From Eremomyces bilateralis CBS 781.70 (Eukaryota): a stretch of 64,000 bases of DNA. Position numbers and translations under genes: made by a program. A model generated the notes under the pieces. The model saw only the letters and a program-made list of their open reading frames with translations. It made no database searches and had not been told where the DNA came from. The DNA is taken from NCBI GenBank assembly GCA_010015585.1, contig ML975158.1; one strand, 5' to 3'. Positions 52,779-64,000 of the stretch are shown here, one piece after another; positions within the stretch are counted from its first letter, which is position 1, and each line of letters opens with the position of its first letter.

Positions 52779-53569
52779 GATGAAGCTTGACTCGTCGGAG
52801 ACTCGTTGATTCGGGTGTTTGTAGAGGATGTAACGAGCAAAGAAATGTTGAGTCGGATTTCACTTTGGTTGGGTGCGATGCGATGTGGTGGAGAGGTAAG
52901 CGAAGCCCGAGGTTTCGCCGTGGATCACGTGCTTCTGTATCATCCGACCTTCAAATCAGCCACGTCCACGGGACGTCAAATCAACTACTTCAAATCAACC
53001 GCTCGGATTCTCATAGGACACTTGCTGCTCATTAATGCTCCAACTTCATGCTAGAACGGACAGGCGTCGTTACATTATTATTCACTGTCAATTTGAGTTC
53101 CTATTCTAAGCCTGGGATATCCATATAACATTTCTCACATGTTTTCAACTGCCCTGATGCTTCAACCTCCGCCTTTCCAGTCTAATGATGCAGAGAGAGC
53201 ATGCACAATGTCCCCTGCGTCTTCACCAATGCCTTGAATCGGCATTTTCCGCGAATGGAAACTCGTTCCTCGCTATCACAGATTGCGCGATGGCACCCTG
53301 ATCCAATACCTGGATTTATGGTCCAAACGTATTGCCTTTGAAGAAAAGTTAGCAATGATCGCGAAAGCCTATCTCAGTACATACGACTGCGTATCCGGTT
53401 GCCCGCGTATTTATAGCGGCATGGTGAATACACCGCTTAGGTGTCGTCAGCACAATGGCTGCGCAGCTTCAGGTAATCCTTGGAGACGCTGGCGTGTCCA
53501 ACCCGCCTACACTCCGAGTGTCCGGCGTAGAAGAATGTGTGGAATGATTCAAGCCATGGCCCTATGGCT

Positions 53570-54863
53570 TCACACTTTCCGTCGCTTGCATTGTGCAACG
53601 ACAACACTGATATCATCCAGTTTCCCTAGTTAAATTAGCAACCAGTTCGAATAACCCTTCGACCCAAGCACTCACCTCCTTCAATGGACAGACCTTCATC
53701 AACAGCCTTTTCCATGTAGGGGCTCTCTGCAAACGGGTCTTCGGCAATGGTTCGTGCTCGCTTGACTAGCTCCTGCGCTACAAAGCTCATGCCGTCCGAA
53801 TACGATCGCTCTGCTGGTTCCACGCCCTTCTCATCGTGCGACTCGCCTTCCTGCCATCTCTTCATGCTTCCCAGCACATTGTCCACAACTTCATGTTCCC
53901 ATAGATTGTCGATCACTCCATCGGTCATGGCCAGAACGACGTCGTCTTCCTCTACCTTTACCTTATCCATTACTGCGTTGTCGTGAGGGGTATCTGGACT
54001 ATTCGTGCCAAGCTGTCTTGGACAGTCAAACCAATGCCATTGCTCTCGGGTTTTGTAGATGATTTCGCGACTCCGAGGTCGTATCACCATAACCTGCGAG
54101 TCCCCTAGCTGAGTCACATAGAGTATGGGATGTGGAGGAGTTTCGCGATCGGAGGTAATCAAAGCACTCGACGCAGTCGTCGTACCAAACCACTCATTAG
54201 GCTGGGATGTGGCTTGTTTCGTTTGTTCGAAAGCTCGCTGCAAGTAGGCGATAGGATCAGGATCGTGCGTGCCACCATATCGGTCGCGTTCTGCTTCGAG
54301 GGCCCAGAAGTGTAGGATTAAGCGTGACCACAGCCTGAATGGTGCCGTCTAGTCAGCACATTTCGCGAGCGAGAAGAGGAAATCTCATACGCGGCATGCC
54401 CTTTTTCCCTCGTTGCCCAAGCACCGACCCCATCATTTGCCCCGATAAAGTGTTCACTCACAAGAACGGCATCATCGCCATTTGTGGTCCCGCGAATCAT
54501 CTGTCCTTGGTAGAAACTCCTCCTGTCCCTGCTACGATGATGCGTACTGAGAGGATCTGAGAAGCTACCCGACGGATATGAAAGGAAGGGAGGGGGAAAG
54601 GGTCTCGAGGGTCGCTTGGCGAAGAGCGCATATCCCGCTTCGAAGTAGAAAGGTGGGAGAGACTGTGTCGCATTCTCTGATGCGGTCGTTCCAGGCGGGG
54701 AAGATGTATCTACATGCGGCTCCGATGATGCGTTTCTGTAGTACACAGAAGGGAGATATCGCGGTGGTCGGACTCCGCCATAGGGATGGACTGGAAGAGT
54801 GGACAGGGACTTGGTCAGACGCTGAAGCTGTCCATAAAGTGACGTCGGTCGAGCAGTTGGCAT
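53570..54863 (-). CDS. PTC7: PP2C-family phosphatase Ptc7/Azr1-like with mitochondrial presequence; 2 introns
   Basis: TNGDDA, GANDGVGAW, GTTTAS, QLGDS, EQWHWFDCPRQLGTNS, MTDGVIDNLW, EGG/KLDDISVV. Confidence 0.88.
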
Positions 54864-55324
54864 CCCAGCGATAAGGGAGAGGGTTTAGCGATGGTGCCAG
54901 GGCTTGACAATGTCAAAGGGCGTGTGAGCCCAAATAATACACCAGCATCGAGCGGTGAACTCGGGATTCGACCTGAAGCTTGATCGGAAAAGCGTTGAGA
55001 TGCATGTTTGGGAACTGATTCCGTGGTGACCGATGTCGATCATGCAGGGATATGATGATGGCCAATCATCATGACCAATGAACAGTCATTGTGACATGTG
55101 AAGGTATGTTGAGGACTACTCCATATCGGTGGAGGACTGGGAGTAATAATAACTCCATTTGGAAGCTTCGGTTCCGATTTGGTAATTGCATTGAGTTATT
55201 GGTCCCCTCTAAAGGTCCCTCTCGCTCTAGATGGGGTTCTATTGATAGATGGGAAGCATGTCACGAATTGTATTGGACTTCATCCCTGAATGATCGCATT
55301 AAGCAATGGTATACGCCATGGTAT

Positions 55325-58300
55325 CTAGTATTCATCTGTACGGAGGCCAAATTCTTCATCGTCTCCGACTTCACTCTGGCTGGCAATGCTCTCCGACACA
55401 CTTGGGGCCTTGTCGTTTTTCTTTCCAATCCGCTTAAGTGAGCTCCAACTTAGCCCACTCGCTCTTCCACCCCCAACCGTCCCAGAAAGGTTGGGACTGG
55501 TCGAGAGATCTGGAACAGTAGCTCGAGAGATTTTCGCATCCTCATCCGTTTCATCTGGTGTTCCGATCTCGGACGACTTTTTCTCTCTCGAGAACAGGCC
55601 ACTCTTATCTTTACCAAATGCAGGGAAGAATTTTCCCGAGCTGCTCTTTCGGGAGAGCTTTTGCATCAACGACTCCTTTCCGGAGGTGGATGCCGAAGGT
55701 GTGAGGGGGGCACCATCCAAGTAGGACCCGGAAGTGGTCCGCTCTAAGGATTCGCGTGGTTGTGACGATTCCGCAACGGATTCGGCCGCGGTTGATATCG
55801 AATGGGCATCGCGGGATTTGCGAGACTCGGGGGGTGACTCCATTGGGTCATGGAACCCAGTCGAGTGCATCTCATGGATGGATCGGGGCATTACGATGCT
55901 GGGAGTACTCTGCAATAGTTTATCGGGGGTTTTGTCCTTGTCCTTGTCCTTGGATTTGGACTTGCTCTTCTCCGAGCTCTTCTCGGGCTTCTCGCCTTTC
56001 CGGTCTCGGGTGAACAGACTCTTGAAGTCTTTCGCCGTCGGGTTGAGTTTCATGTCCGATTTGCTTTCAGAGTCATATTCAGCGCCTGTAGTACTTCGGG
56101 GAAGGTCATCAATGGGGTGGGGTTGGGATGATGGCCGGGTTCCGATGGGACCTAAGAATGATTGTGTGGGTGATCGCGTCATTACCTGAGCTCCAAGACC
56201 TCCTTCGGCCTCATCTTCCTGCAAAAGCGATCCTGGGGGATATTGGGCTGAAGGCCGTCGAGATGGATGTTGCGACCAAGGCGCGGAAGGTAATCCGTTG
56301 CCCCAGTCCATTACGAGCGGAGAAGGTCGTTGTCCGGTGTTGAACACATCCTGAGATCCAACCGTCGGCGTAGGCCAGCCGAAGCGGGATCGACTATCGA
56401 GGGACGGGCGTGGTAAATGCTTGCCTTCCGATGAGATGGTGGAACGAGGTGATGGAGGCTTTCCATCGTCTCCAGCCAAAGGGCTCGACATCCAAGGTTC
56501 AGCCTTGGATCGGAAAACGCCAAAAGTACGGTGTCGGGAAGCAGGCTCTTTACCCGATTCCGGTGAGCCTGGGTGAAAGTCGGGTCCGGACGCATCGGAG
56601 GAGGATGGGCCATGTCTTGAGGTCGAACTCCGGAACGGCTGCTGAAGGGAGCCCATCCAACTTGAGGACAATGAGCCACGTCGACGTTGCGCTCCAATGG
56701 GTTCTGGATTTGTGAGATCTTCTCGTGGCATGGACTGGGTTTGTGAGCCCTTCAACGAACCTAAGGCTGGCCCATCTTCGGATTGATCGCTCGTTTTGGC
56801 TCTCGACCGGCTGAAAAGACCCATGAATCTGCTACTACTGGCCGTGCTAGGAAAGTGTCCACTTGCTGCTCGACGGGAACTCGCCGCAGAACGGGTCGAT
56901 CTACGGTCTGCGTCGAGATTATCCACGGCACCTCCGTACTGTTGCAGGTGGCCCGTGGAATCCTTTGGGCTGGCGAAGACACTGGGAGATCGACTTTTCA
57001 TGGACCCAGGAGAACTTGGTACGGTCATCATACGATCGTCCACATCAAGGGTTTCCGGGGCCCCGAGACCTGGCAGTGCGCCTAGACCGGGGATCGCTGG
57101 ATAGTTGCTTCCGCTTCCTGGACGACTTTGGTCTATATCATCCCCAAGGAGACCCGATGGAAGCAGAGCCCCTGCAGCCGGGCTCATGGGAGCCCCTGAG
57201 GTGATTTGGTCAATATCGGATGGTGGCAGATGCTCGAGATGCATCGCAACGGAGGGAAGCGATGGACCGGTGATCGGATTGAAGAATGGCGGCGATGCGA
57301 ATGTAGGAGAGACGCTCGAGATGCTATTGTTGAAGGAATTGTTCCCAAGCGCGAATGGTGCATCGTGATACAAACCATGGCTGCTCGCCCTTCTTGCTCG
57401 AGTGCTGTTCCGCCGTGCGATCAACGTGTCCGGGGCCGTAGACGGAATAAATGGCTGCGCGAAGTTTTGAGAGGAGTTGGTCAGCCATTCATATTGCTGT
57501 TGCGCCTTGACTCGGTGTTCCTCTGCCGCCCGACTCTTCATCCATGCCGACATGTATAAAGTTTGCAGGCTCTTGACTCGATCAAACCATTGCTGATCCT
57601 CCGCTGGATTCGGATCGACCAAAGCCGGTTCTTCCGGCGTCCCGCTGGTCGCATTTTCGGTTCTTTCTTCGTCCAGCGTCTTGATCTGTATCCCGAGTTC
57701 GTGAATCCGTTCTTCCAGTTCTTTGGTCGAGGCCTGCTCCTCGGCTTGTCGATCGCGAGATTCTCGAAGGTCGATTTCAACGTTGTTCCGCAGGGCAACA
57801 ATGTCGCATTTGTCTTTTTCGATGGCATTCAAGATCCGGGTAATTTCCTCTTGCCATCGTTCCGTATCCTCTACTATTTTGGTCCTTTGGCTTTGCTTCT
57901 GCTGCAATAATTTCTCCTGGTTCGTCTTCCTCTGTTGGGCTTGAGTGTTTGCATACGACAGGTCCTTGAGTTCTTTCTTGAGGGATTTTGAGCTATCATC
58001 TCTTTCTTTGAGCTCCATTCTCAACTGGTCTCGTTCTTCGGACAAATTTTGAATCGTGGTCAAAGACTCCTTCTCCTCTTCGGCAATGCGAAAATCCTCA
58101 TCCTCCAGTTGCTTTCGGAGTCCCTCGAGTTTTTCCGTCAACGTCTTGATGGTCTCCTCTCCGTCATCGTAGGAAATCTCTTGGTCTTGGTTGAATTCCG
58201 GGGCAGCAGGTGACGACCTCCGACCTGCACGTCTGATATGAGAAATGCTGCTACTATGCTCCCTTGTCATCGGTGGAGGAGTGGATGCAACCGGAGCATC

Positions 58301-59107
58301 GATGATGGGTTTGTATAGTCGGACTACCACCGACTCATCTCCATCTTTGGACCTGGCTTCTCCATCCCCGTCGGCCCCTCCTTCAAAATTATCGTCGAGG
58401 GAGTCGGTCGCCGAATACGGTTTCGTGCGAACGCGAATGACGCCGCTTGGGGCGTGGAATCCATTGGAGCTCACAGCCACGACTCGGATTGTGTAGTATT
58501 GTAGGGCTTTAAGCCGATGAATGGCAATCGATGGTCCACCTTGCGGAATGTTTCCCACTGTGAAGGAGTTAGCAATAGTAGGTACTGGTGTTATGCGCCT
58601 ATATAAATCCTCCCAGACAATGTTTTCTGTCGTCCAAGTATCCGCTTGATCGAGTTTCACGCGGTGACAGGTGAATGGCGACATCGACTCATAAAAAACC
58701 CATGAGAACAACCCCAAGAACATCGGGACCTTACAATTTACGCCGTTTATGTGAATTTGGTAGGACACCGAACTATTCTTGTGTTCGGGAGGTTTCCAAT
58801 GCAGAATGACGCCGTCGGATTTGATACCCGAGAGGGCGATATTGGGTGTCTGCGGCACCTCCAGTCCCAGGACGTTCACCAGCTCTTCCGCCGGTTTCAG
58901 CAAAACTTGCCATGCACGGTAGGTCAGCCTGATGAAGAAGTCAGCGACCCGAGCTGAGCAAGGCTACGCTCAAGAGTTTCAATACCATGCCAGCGCAAAT
59001 AGAACCCCAGCCGCTCGAAGATATGAAGCCGAGAAGGCGATAAAATTCGTAGCGGGGACCGCATGCAGCCGGAGCAGAAGGCTATCTTCCGGCCACGTCA
59101 TACTCAT
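55325..59107 (-). CDS. Conserved fungal membrane-anchored fibronectin type III plus coiled-coil protein; 2 introns
   Basis: N-terminal TM (GVLFALAW/LTYRAW), FN3 (GVILHWKPP..YQIHING..YYTIRVVAV), long coiled coil, Ser-rich disordered C-terminus; introns ~58928-58984 and 58558-58734. Confidence 0.8.
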
Positions 59108-59759
59108 GATAGTCTAATACACGAGAGGCCCAGCATCCCGAAGTCATGGATGAATAGGGAGGAAGCGATACTAATATCAGATCGTATGGTATGTAATGGT
59201 TTCAAGAAGCGGGCCACCCGGCGAAGTCTAGATGTCCCGTCGCTTGAAGTTCGGGCCATCAGCCGACTCTCCGACACTCCGATAGTGCTACAGTCTACGG
59301 ATGATGGACGCGGTTCCTAGCAATACAAGGACAATACTTCAATTGAAACGTCTGTCGCAGAAAGGGCTTTGTCTTGCGTATATCCGGTGCTGTTAATGCT
59401 ACAATCCAGGTCCCGTCAGCAGTCTTGCGCCTTCAACGTGGCCCGGATATCGGACTGACTTGTGACGTCCGTCGTTCCGTACGCATGACCACCAGTGACC
59501 TCAACTTCATCATCGTATAATTACACCAGAGAAGGAATCAAGCGCAGCTTCCTTCCCTCCTACTTTCCTGTTCATTCTTCCCTCGAAACCCATCTTGGAT
59601 ACCTTCGGTTTGACTCGCTAGCGTTCCTGTTCGTGCCTTACTTCTTTGGCCATCCTCACGATTCCCGACCCAGTCCCTCCGTTCCACACTATCCTCGTCA
59701 TTAGACAGCCCTCGATCACACTCGGAAGGGATACGATATAGTGTGCGAGCGGTTAGGCC

Positions 59760-62302
59760 ATGCAATACGTGCGATCCATCTCCTCTTCCGTCTCGAATAC
59801 CTGGAATTCAATCAATCCGGCCACGCTCAGCGGCGCAATCGACGTCATCGTCGTTGAGCAAGAAGATGGTGAGACCACGTTCGACAACCGATAGCCAAGT
59901 CTGACCGGTATCGCAGGGGAACTCGCATGCTCGCCGTTCCATGTGCGGTTCGGAAAGTTCCAACTCCTCCAACCGCGAGAGAAGAAGGTACATGATAGAT
60001 TCGGACGATGGGGTGCAGAACTAATGCCGGGCAGGTGGAATTCCGAGTCAATGGTTCGAAACAGGACTATTCCATGAAGCTAGGTGAAGGTGGAGAGGCC
60101 TTCTTCGTTTTCGAGACCACCGAAAGCATTCCGGCCGCGTTACAAACCTCTCCGCTAGTTTCGCCCGAGACCAGTCCACAAGCTCTACCAGCAGAGGTAG
60201 GAAAAGACAGTCTCCTTGAACCAGAACCCCTCGACCTCGCATCGGATGCGCAGCCAAAACGAAGGTTCCCAAAGGACGGTCCAAGGCCGAAAACTGTCAT
60301 AGGTTGGTGGATCTGGAGGGGGTTTCGTGGCAGTGCTGATGGAGCGTATAGGAGATCTTGCCTCATTGCAAGAAGACGACGATGGGCTTCGACCCGCGCT
60401 ATTATCAGACCAATGGCCTCCGCACCTTGGTGCACCCATCGACTTCGGACAATCGATTAGCGACCGTGTAGTACCGTCCAGCGCATCCAGCGTTCCCGCC
60501 AGAGCATCCGAACCGCCGGAAGCTCTGTTTCACCACCATGAAGTATCCCTCGATGCAAGTCCAGGGTATTCCGCCACATCCCACCGATCATCCAGTCCCC
60601 CGCCTGTATCGCAGTCCGAGGCGATGGCGCGTGCGATTCACCTCTCCAAGCGTCTATGGACCTCCAACATCCCATCACGCATTACCGACACAGGCGATCT
60701 CATGTTGGACATGACCGGGTACAAATCATCCGAAGAGCAGATTCTTCGGGCGGAAGTGGTCGCAAGGAAGATTTTGTCCGAAGAGCTGGAAGGGAACTAC
60801 GATATTGGGGCGCTCATTGGAACGGATGAGACGGGGAATCTTTGGATCTACAGCAGCGAGGAGCGAAAAGAAGCTGCAGAACGTCAGAATCAACCGGAGA
60901 ACGGAATTTCCCATGCCACAGCAATGGGTTCCACCGACGCAATATCCGATCCAGGATACCACAGCGACGATGGTCACAGCGATGCTGGGACCGCTGTTGG
61001 GGACGATACTGGACTGGGCATTCCCGGTGCCGGCCATCGCAGAGATTCCGACAGCGCAGTCGGGCTATCCACTCCTCCAAAATCTCCGATGGGCAATGAT
61101 CAAGATTCGCCGCCGGAGCCGAGCCGCAACTATGCTAAAACGCTTCGTTTAACCAGCGACCAGCTCAAAGCCCTGAAACTCCGGCAAGGATCCAACTCGA
61201 TGAGTTTCACCGTCAACAAGGCAACTTGCCAGGCTTGCATCTACTTCTGGCGGCATGATGTGCCAATTGTGATTTCGGATATTGATGGCACAATCACAAA
61301 GTGAGTGGCACTGAATCCCATGGTTAGCCATGCTAACGTCCCAGATCTGATGTTCTTGGGCATGTCTTGACCACCATCGGCCGCGATTGGACTCATCTAG
61401 GGGTTTCCAAGCTGTACACCGACATTGCAGCCAACGGATACAACCTCATGTATCTGACCTCTCGTTCCGTTGGACAGGCCGATACTACTCGCGCCTATTT
61501 GAACGGAATTGTTCAAGAGGGGCACCGCATCCCAAAAGGCCCTGTCATACTGAGTCCAGACCGCACAATCGCGGCACTGCGTCGAGAGGTTTATCTCCGG
61601 AAGCCCGAAGTGTTCAAGATGGCATGTCTTCGGGACATCATGAGTTTGTTCAACAAGGCGGGTACCCCTCAACAACAGCCTGGGGTGCACCATCCAACGC
61701 CGTTCTATGCTGGTTTTGGGAATCGCCTCACCGACGCTCTTTCATATCGAAGCGTGAACATCCCTTCAACGCGGATCTTCACCATCAACTCGAATTCCGA
61801 AGTCAGCCTCGACCTCTTGAGTCTGAATAAGTACAAGACCGGATATGCAAGCATGCGTGAAATTGTTGACCACTTCTTTCCCCCTGTTGGGTTGCTCGTC
61901 AAAAGCGGAGGTGAAGACTTCACTGATTTCAATTACTGGAGGAGCAAGCCACTGGAACTCGACGAATTCACGGCTAGCGAGAGTGGTGAGGAACTTGAAG
62001 AGGGCGATGAGGACGCTGAAGGAAGCGAAGGAGCAGACGAGTTGGCGGAAGACCTAGAGGCCAGCTATATTTCGAGAGACTCATTTGACCAGGGCGGGAA
62101 CCTCGATGATTCAATCATGGAGAGTATTGAAGGCGATGTAGGAGATGAAGATGAAGGAATCTTCGAAGAAGCTGACAAGCAATTGAACGGGACACCTGAA
62201 GCTTTGCCTGCCACAGAGATAAACTTAGGTAGTGCCACTGATGATACCAGGGAGTCTGGTTCTACCTCTCATGGCAAACCCAAGAAGCTGGGCAATCGAT
62301 AG
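59760..62302 (+). CDS. PAH1: Lipin phosphatidate phosphatase Pah1/Ned1/Smp2; 4 introns
   Basis: NLIP: WNSINPATLSGAIDVIVVEQ..CSPFHVRFGKF..MKLGEGGEAFFVF; CLIP: ISDIDGTITK/SD (DxDxT), FYAGFGNR.TD. Confidence 0.96.
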
Positions 62303-64000
62303 TATAATATAATACGATCAAGAACGGCTAGACTCATAGAACGAGTAAGCCCTTTAATATTAATGAAGTTTTGAGTGACTCCGGCTTGGCTCTATCCATC
62401 CTGATACAAAGATTGCACTACTGATGAAGGCATTAAGGCCAGGCTAATATAACCCAGTACACTGCAGTCAATCCGACTTGTGTTTTTACGACCGGCCTAC
62501 AATTCCTCCGTTCGCATCTACATCGTAGTTCAACTCGGGTTGAAGCCAGTCCACTGTTGTATCGGACTTATCGTTTTGAATCGGGACCTCCTGTTGAGGC
62601 AATGCCATCAACCCAGAGGGGGGATATATCTGCGTGTAGTCCCAGCTCGCAATATCGAAATTGAGTTCGGAATGTCTAGGATATTCAACCTTAGCTTTCA
62701 GTCCTTATCTGTGCTAGGAGAGCTTACACATGTAGCGTGGCTTGACCGGATATCTCCTCTGAATCCCGAAAATTGGGGCCAATCGTGGCAACACTGGGAA
62801 CTCGGAAGTTCGCGCCGAAATTCTGCGCCCCTGGTACACATCAGTTAACTATGACCGAATTCAGTCGGGTCAGTCGTACCCAATAACTCTCGCTTCCCAG
62901 TGCTAAATTGAAGCCTTGAATGAACATCAAAAACGAACTTCGCATGGATGGCCCCAGCCGAGCGGAACCAAATGTGAGACTGCTAAAAGCTCCGTAAGTT
63001 TCCCAAAGTACCTTGTGCAAAGTAGCATCTATACCTTCTTATAGCGAGTAATTTCGGCATCCCTCCGACCGAGCGGATGGATTACGGCACTGAGTCCGCA
63101 CCGCGTGATTAGTCCCAACCGCGCAATATGGCCCATGATGCGTTCGAGTTGAGTATCTGCGATCGCGCCACCAATCGGCAAACTTTAGCAGTCGACAGAC
63201 CCTTCCAATATAAGTCAATCTCCCTATCTCTCAACACGCTCTCGTGGAGGCTGAATCGAGCTTGAACAATGCTGCAACCGCCCCGTTTCCAGATCTACCG
63301 CATGAAGCATGTACATGCTCCGCTGCGATGGACTCGGGTAGTACGTCAGTCTTGCTAAGTTCAGCGCTTCCGCCAGAGCATCTCTACTGCTGTAGCGGCT
63401 TTTCAACTTGGCTGATCGACTTAGGGGATATGGGACGGCGAAGGTAGCGGGCGATCCTCTAACTCCTTTAGCATAAATGAGCACACGACTTCTGGATCTA
63501 TCGCAAGAGCAAGCGCTGAGAGCTGCTCGAAAGTCAACCGCTATTATCCACTGATGACCCTGAATTCCTACCACGTAAGCCATCCTTCATCCCTTCGTCC
63601 CCCTCCTCTGTGTGCTGCCTCATCCGTTCGCATGAACAAGTGCACCGCTTCCGGGGCCCATCGTAAGAGCAAGCACTGGGACCTACTCCACAGTAGAGGG
63701 CTGCTGTCCATTTGATTATTATATTCCTCCGATCTCTCCTGTATCCATCTTTTTCCTGACGGCCACGACCTTTAACGTCCAGGATATATCATTGTACAAG
63801 CACCTCGCAAAATCACTTAGCATAGTGGTAGAACTTTGTACATCGCAACTCGATACTCGTGAATTTGGCGCCGAAGGAGACGGACGCGACTTGGGTCGGC
63901 TTTATTCAAACTACTTAAGTAACGTATGTTCGAAAGTCATTTGCTCTTTCATACCCAGAATTCTGACATACATTGAGTCCACATTGTACTGTCCTTTTCC

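Noticed and set aside
55052..55073. ATGATGA-N7-TCATCAT hairpin with a C-box-like word
   Set aside because: No D box at a suitable distance; too short to call.
55325..59107. Naming the FN3/coiled-coil gene acrB
   Set aside because: Only generic coiled-coil similarity; I cannot recognise the AcrB multi-TM N-terminus.
63808..63866. tRNA-like fragment with A-box match TAGCATAGTGG and AAATCAC/GTGAATTT ends
   Set aside because: About 58 nt, no anticodon or T stems, degenerate B box too close to the A box.

Overview
Intron-rich, gene-dense DNA from a filamentous ascomycete (Pezizomycotina, probably Eurotiomycete-like; species not determinable). I can support 28 protein-coding genes. Most are housekeeping: the YTH1 3' end, WSS1, VPS53, eIF2-beta, a UCH, AIM24-like, SmG, NTR2, POM34, glutathione reductase, DSK2, ECH1, RACK1/cpcB, PTC7 and lipin. 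Others include a TauD-like dioxygenase with a divergent UNC-93-like transporter, GH18 and GH53 hydrolases, an NCS1 permease and an MpaB/DUF2236-like protein. There is also a complete but decayed Fot1/pogo DNA transposon and an intronic U24-like C/D snoRNA. Most interesting observations: (1) a GADD34-like PP1-docking motif at the N-terminus of eIF2-beta; (2) a GC-AG, in-frame, stop-free intron splitting the catalytic HExxH of Wss1; (3) a transposon inserted inside a stop codon that rebuilds it (TAG to TAA); (4) a U24 snoRNA that has kept only one canonical guide; (5) unusually long introns carrying strong hairpins; (6) a candidate 80-aa mitochondrial microprotein. Gene models were spliced by eye and family names come from motif recognition, not database searches.
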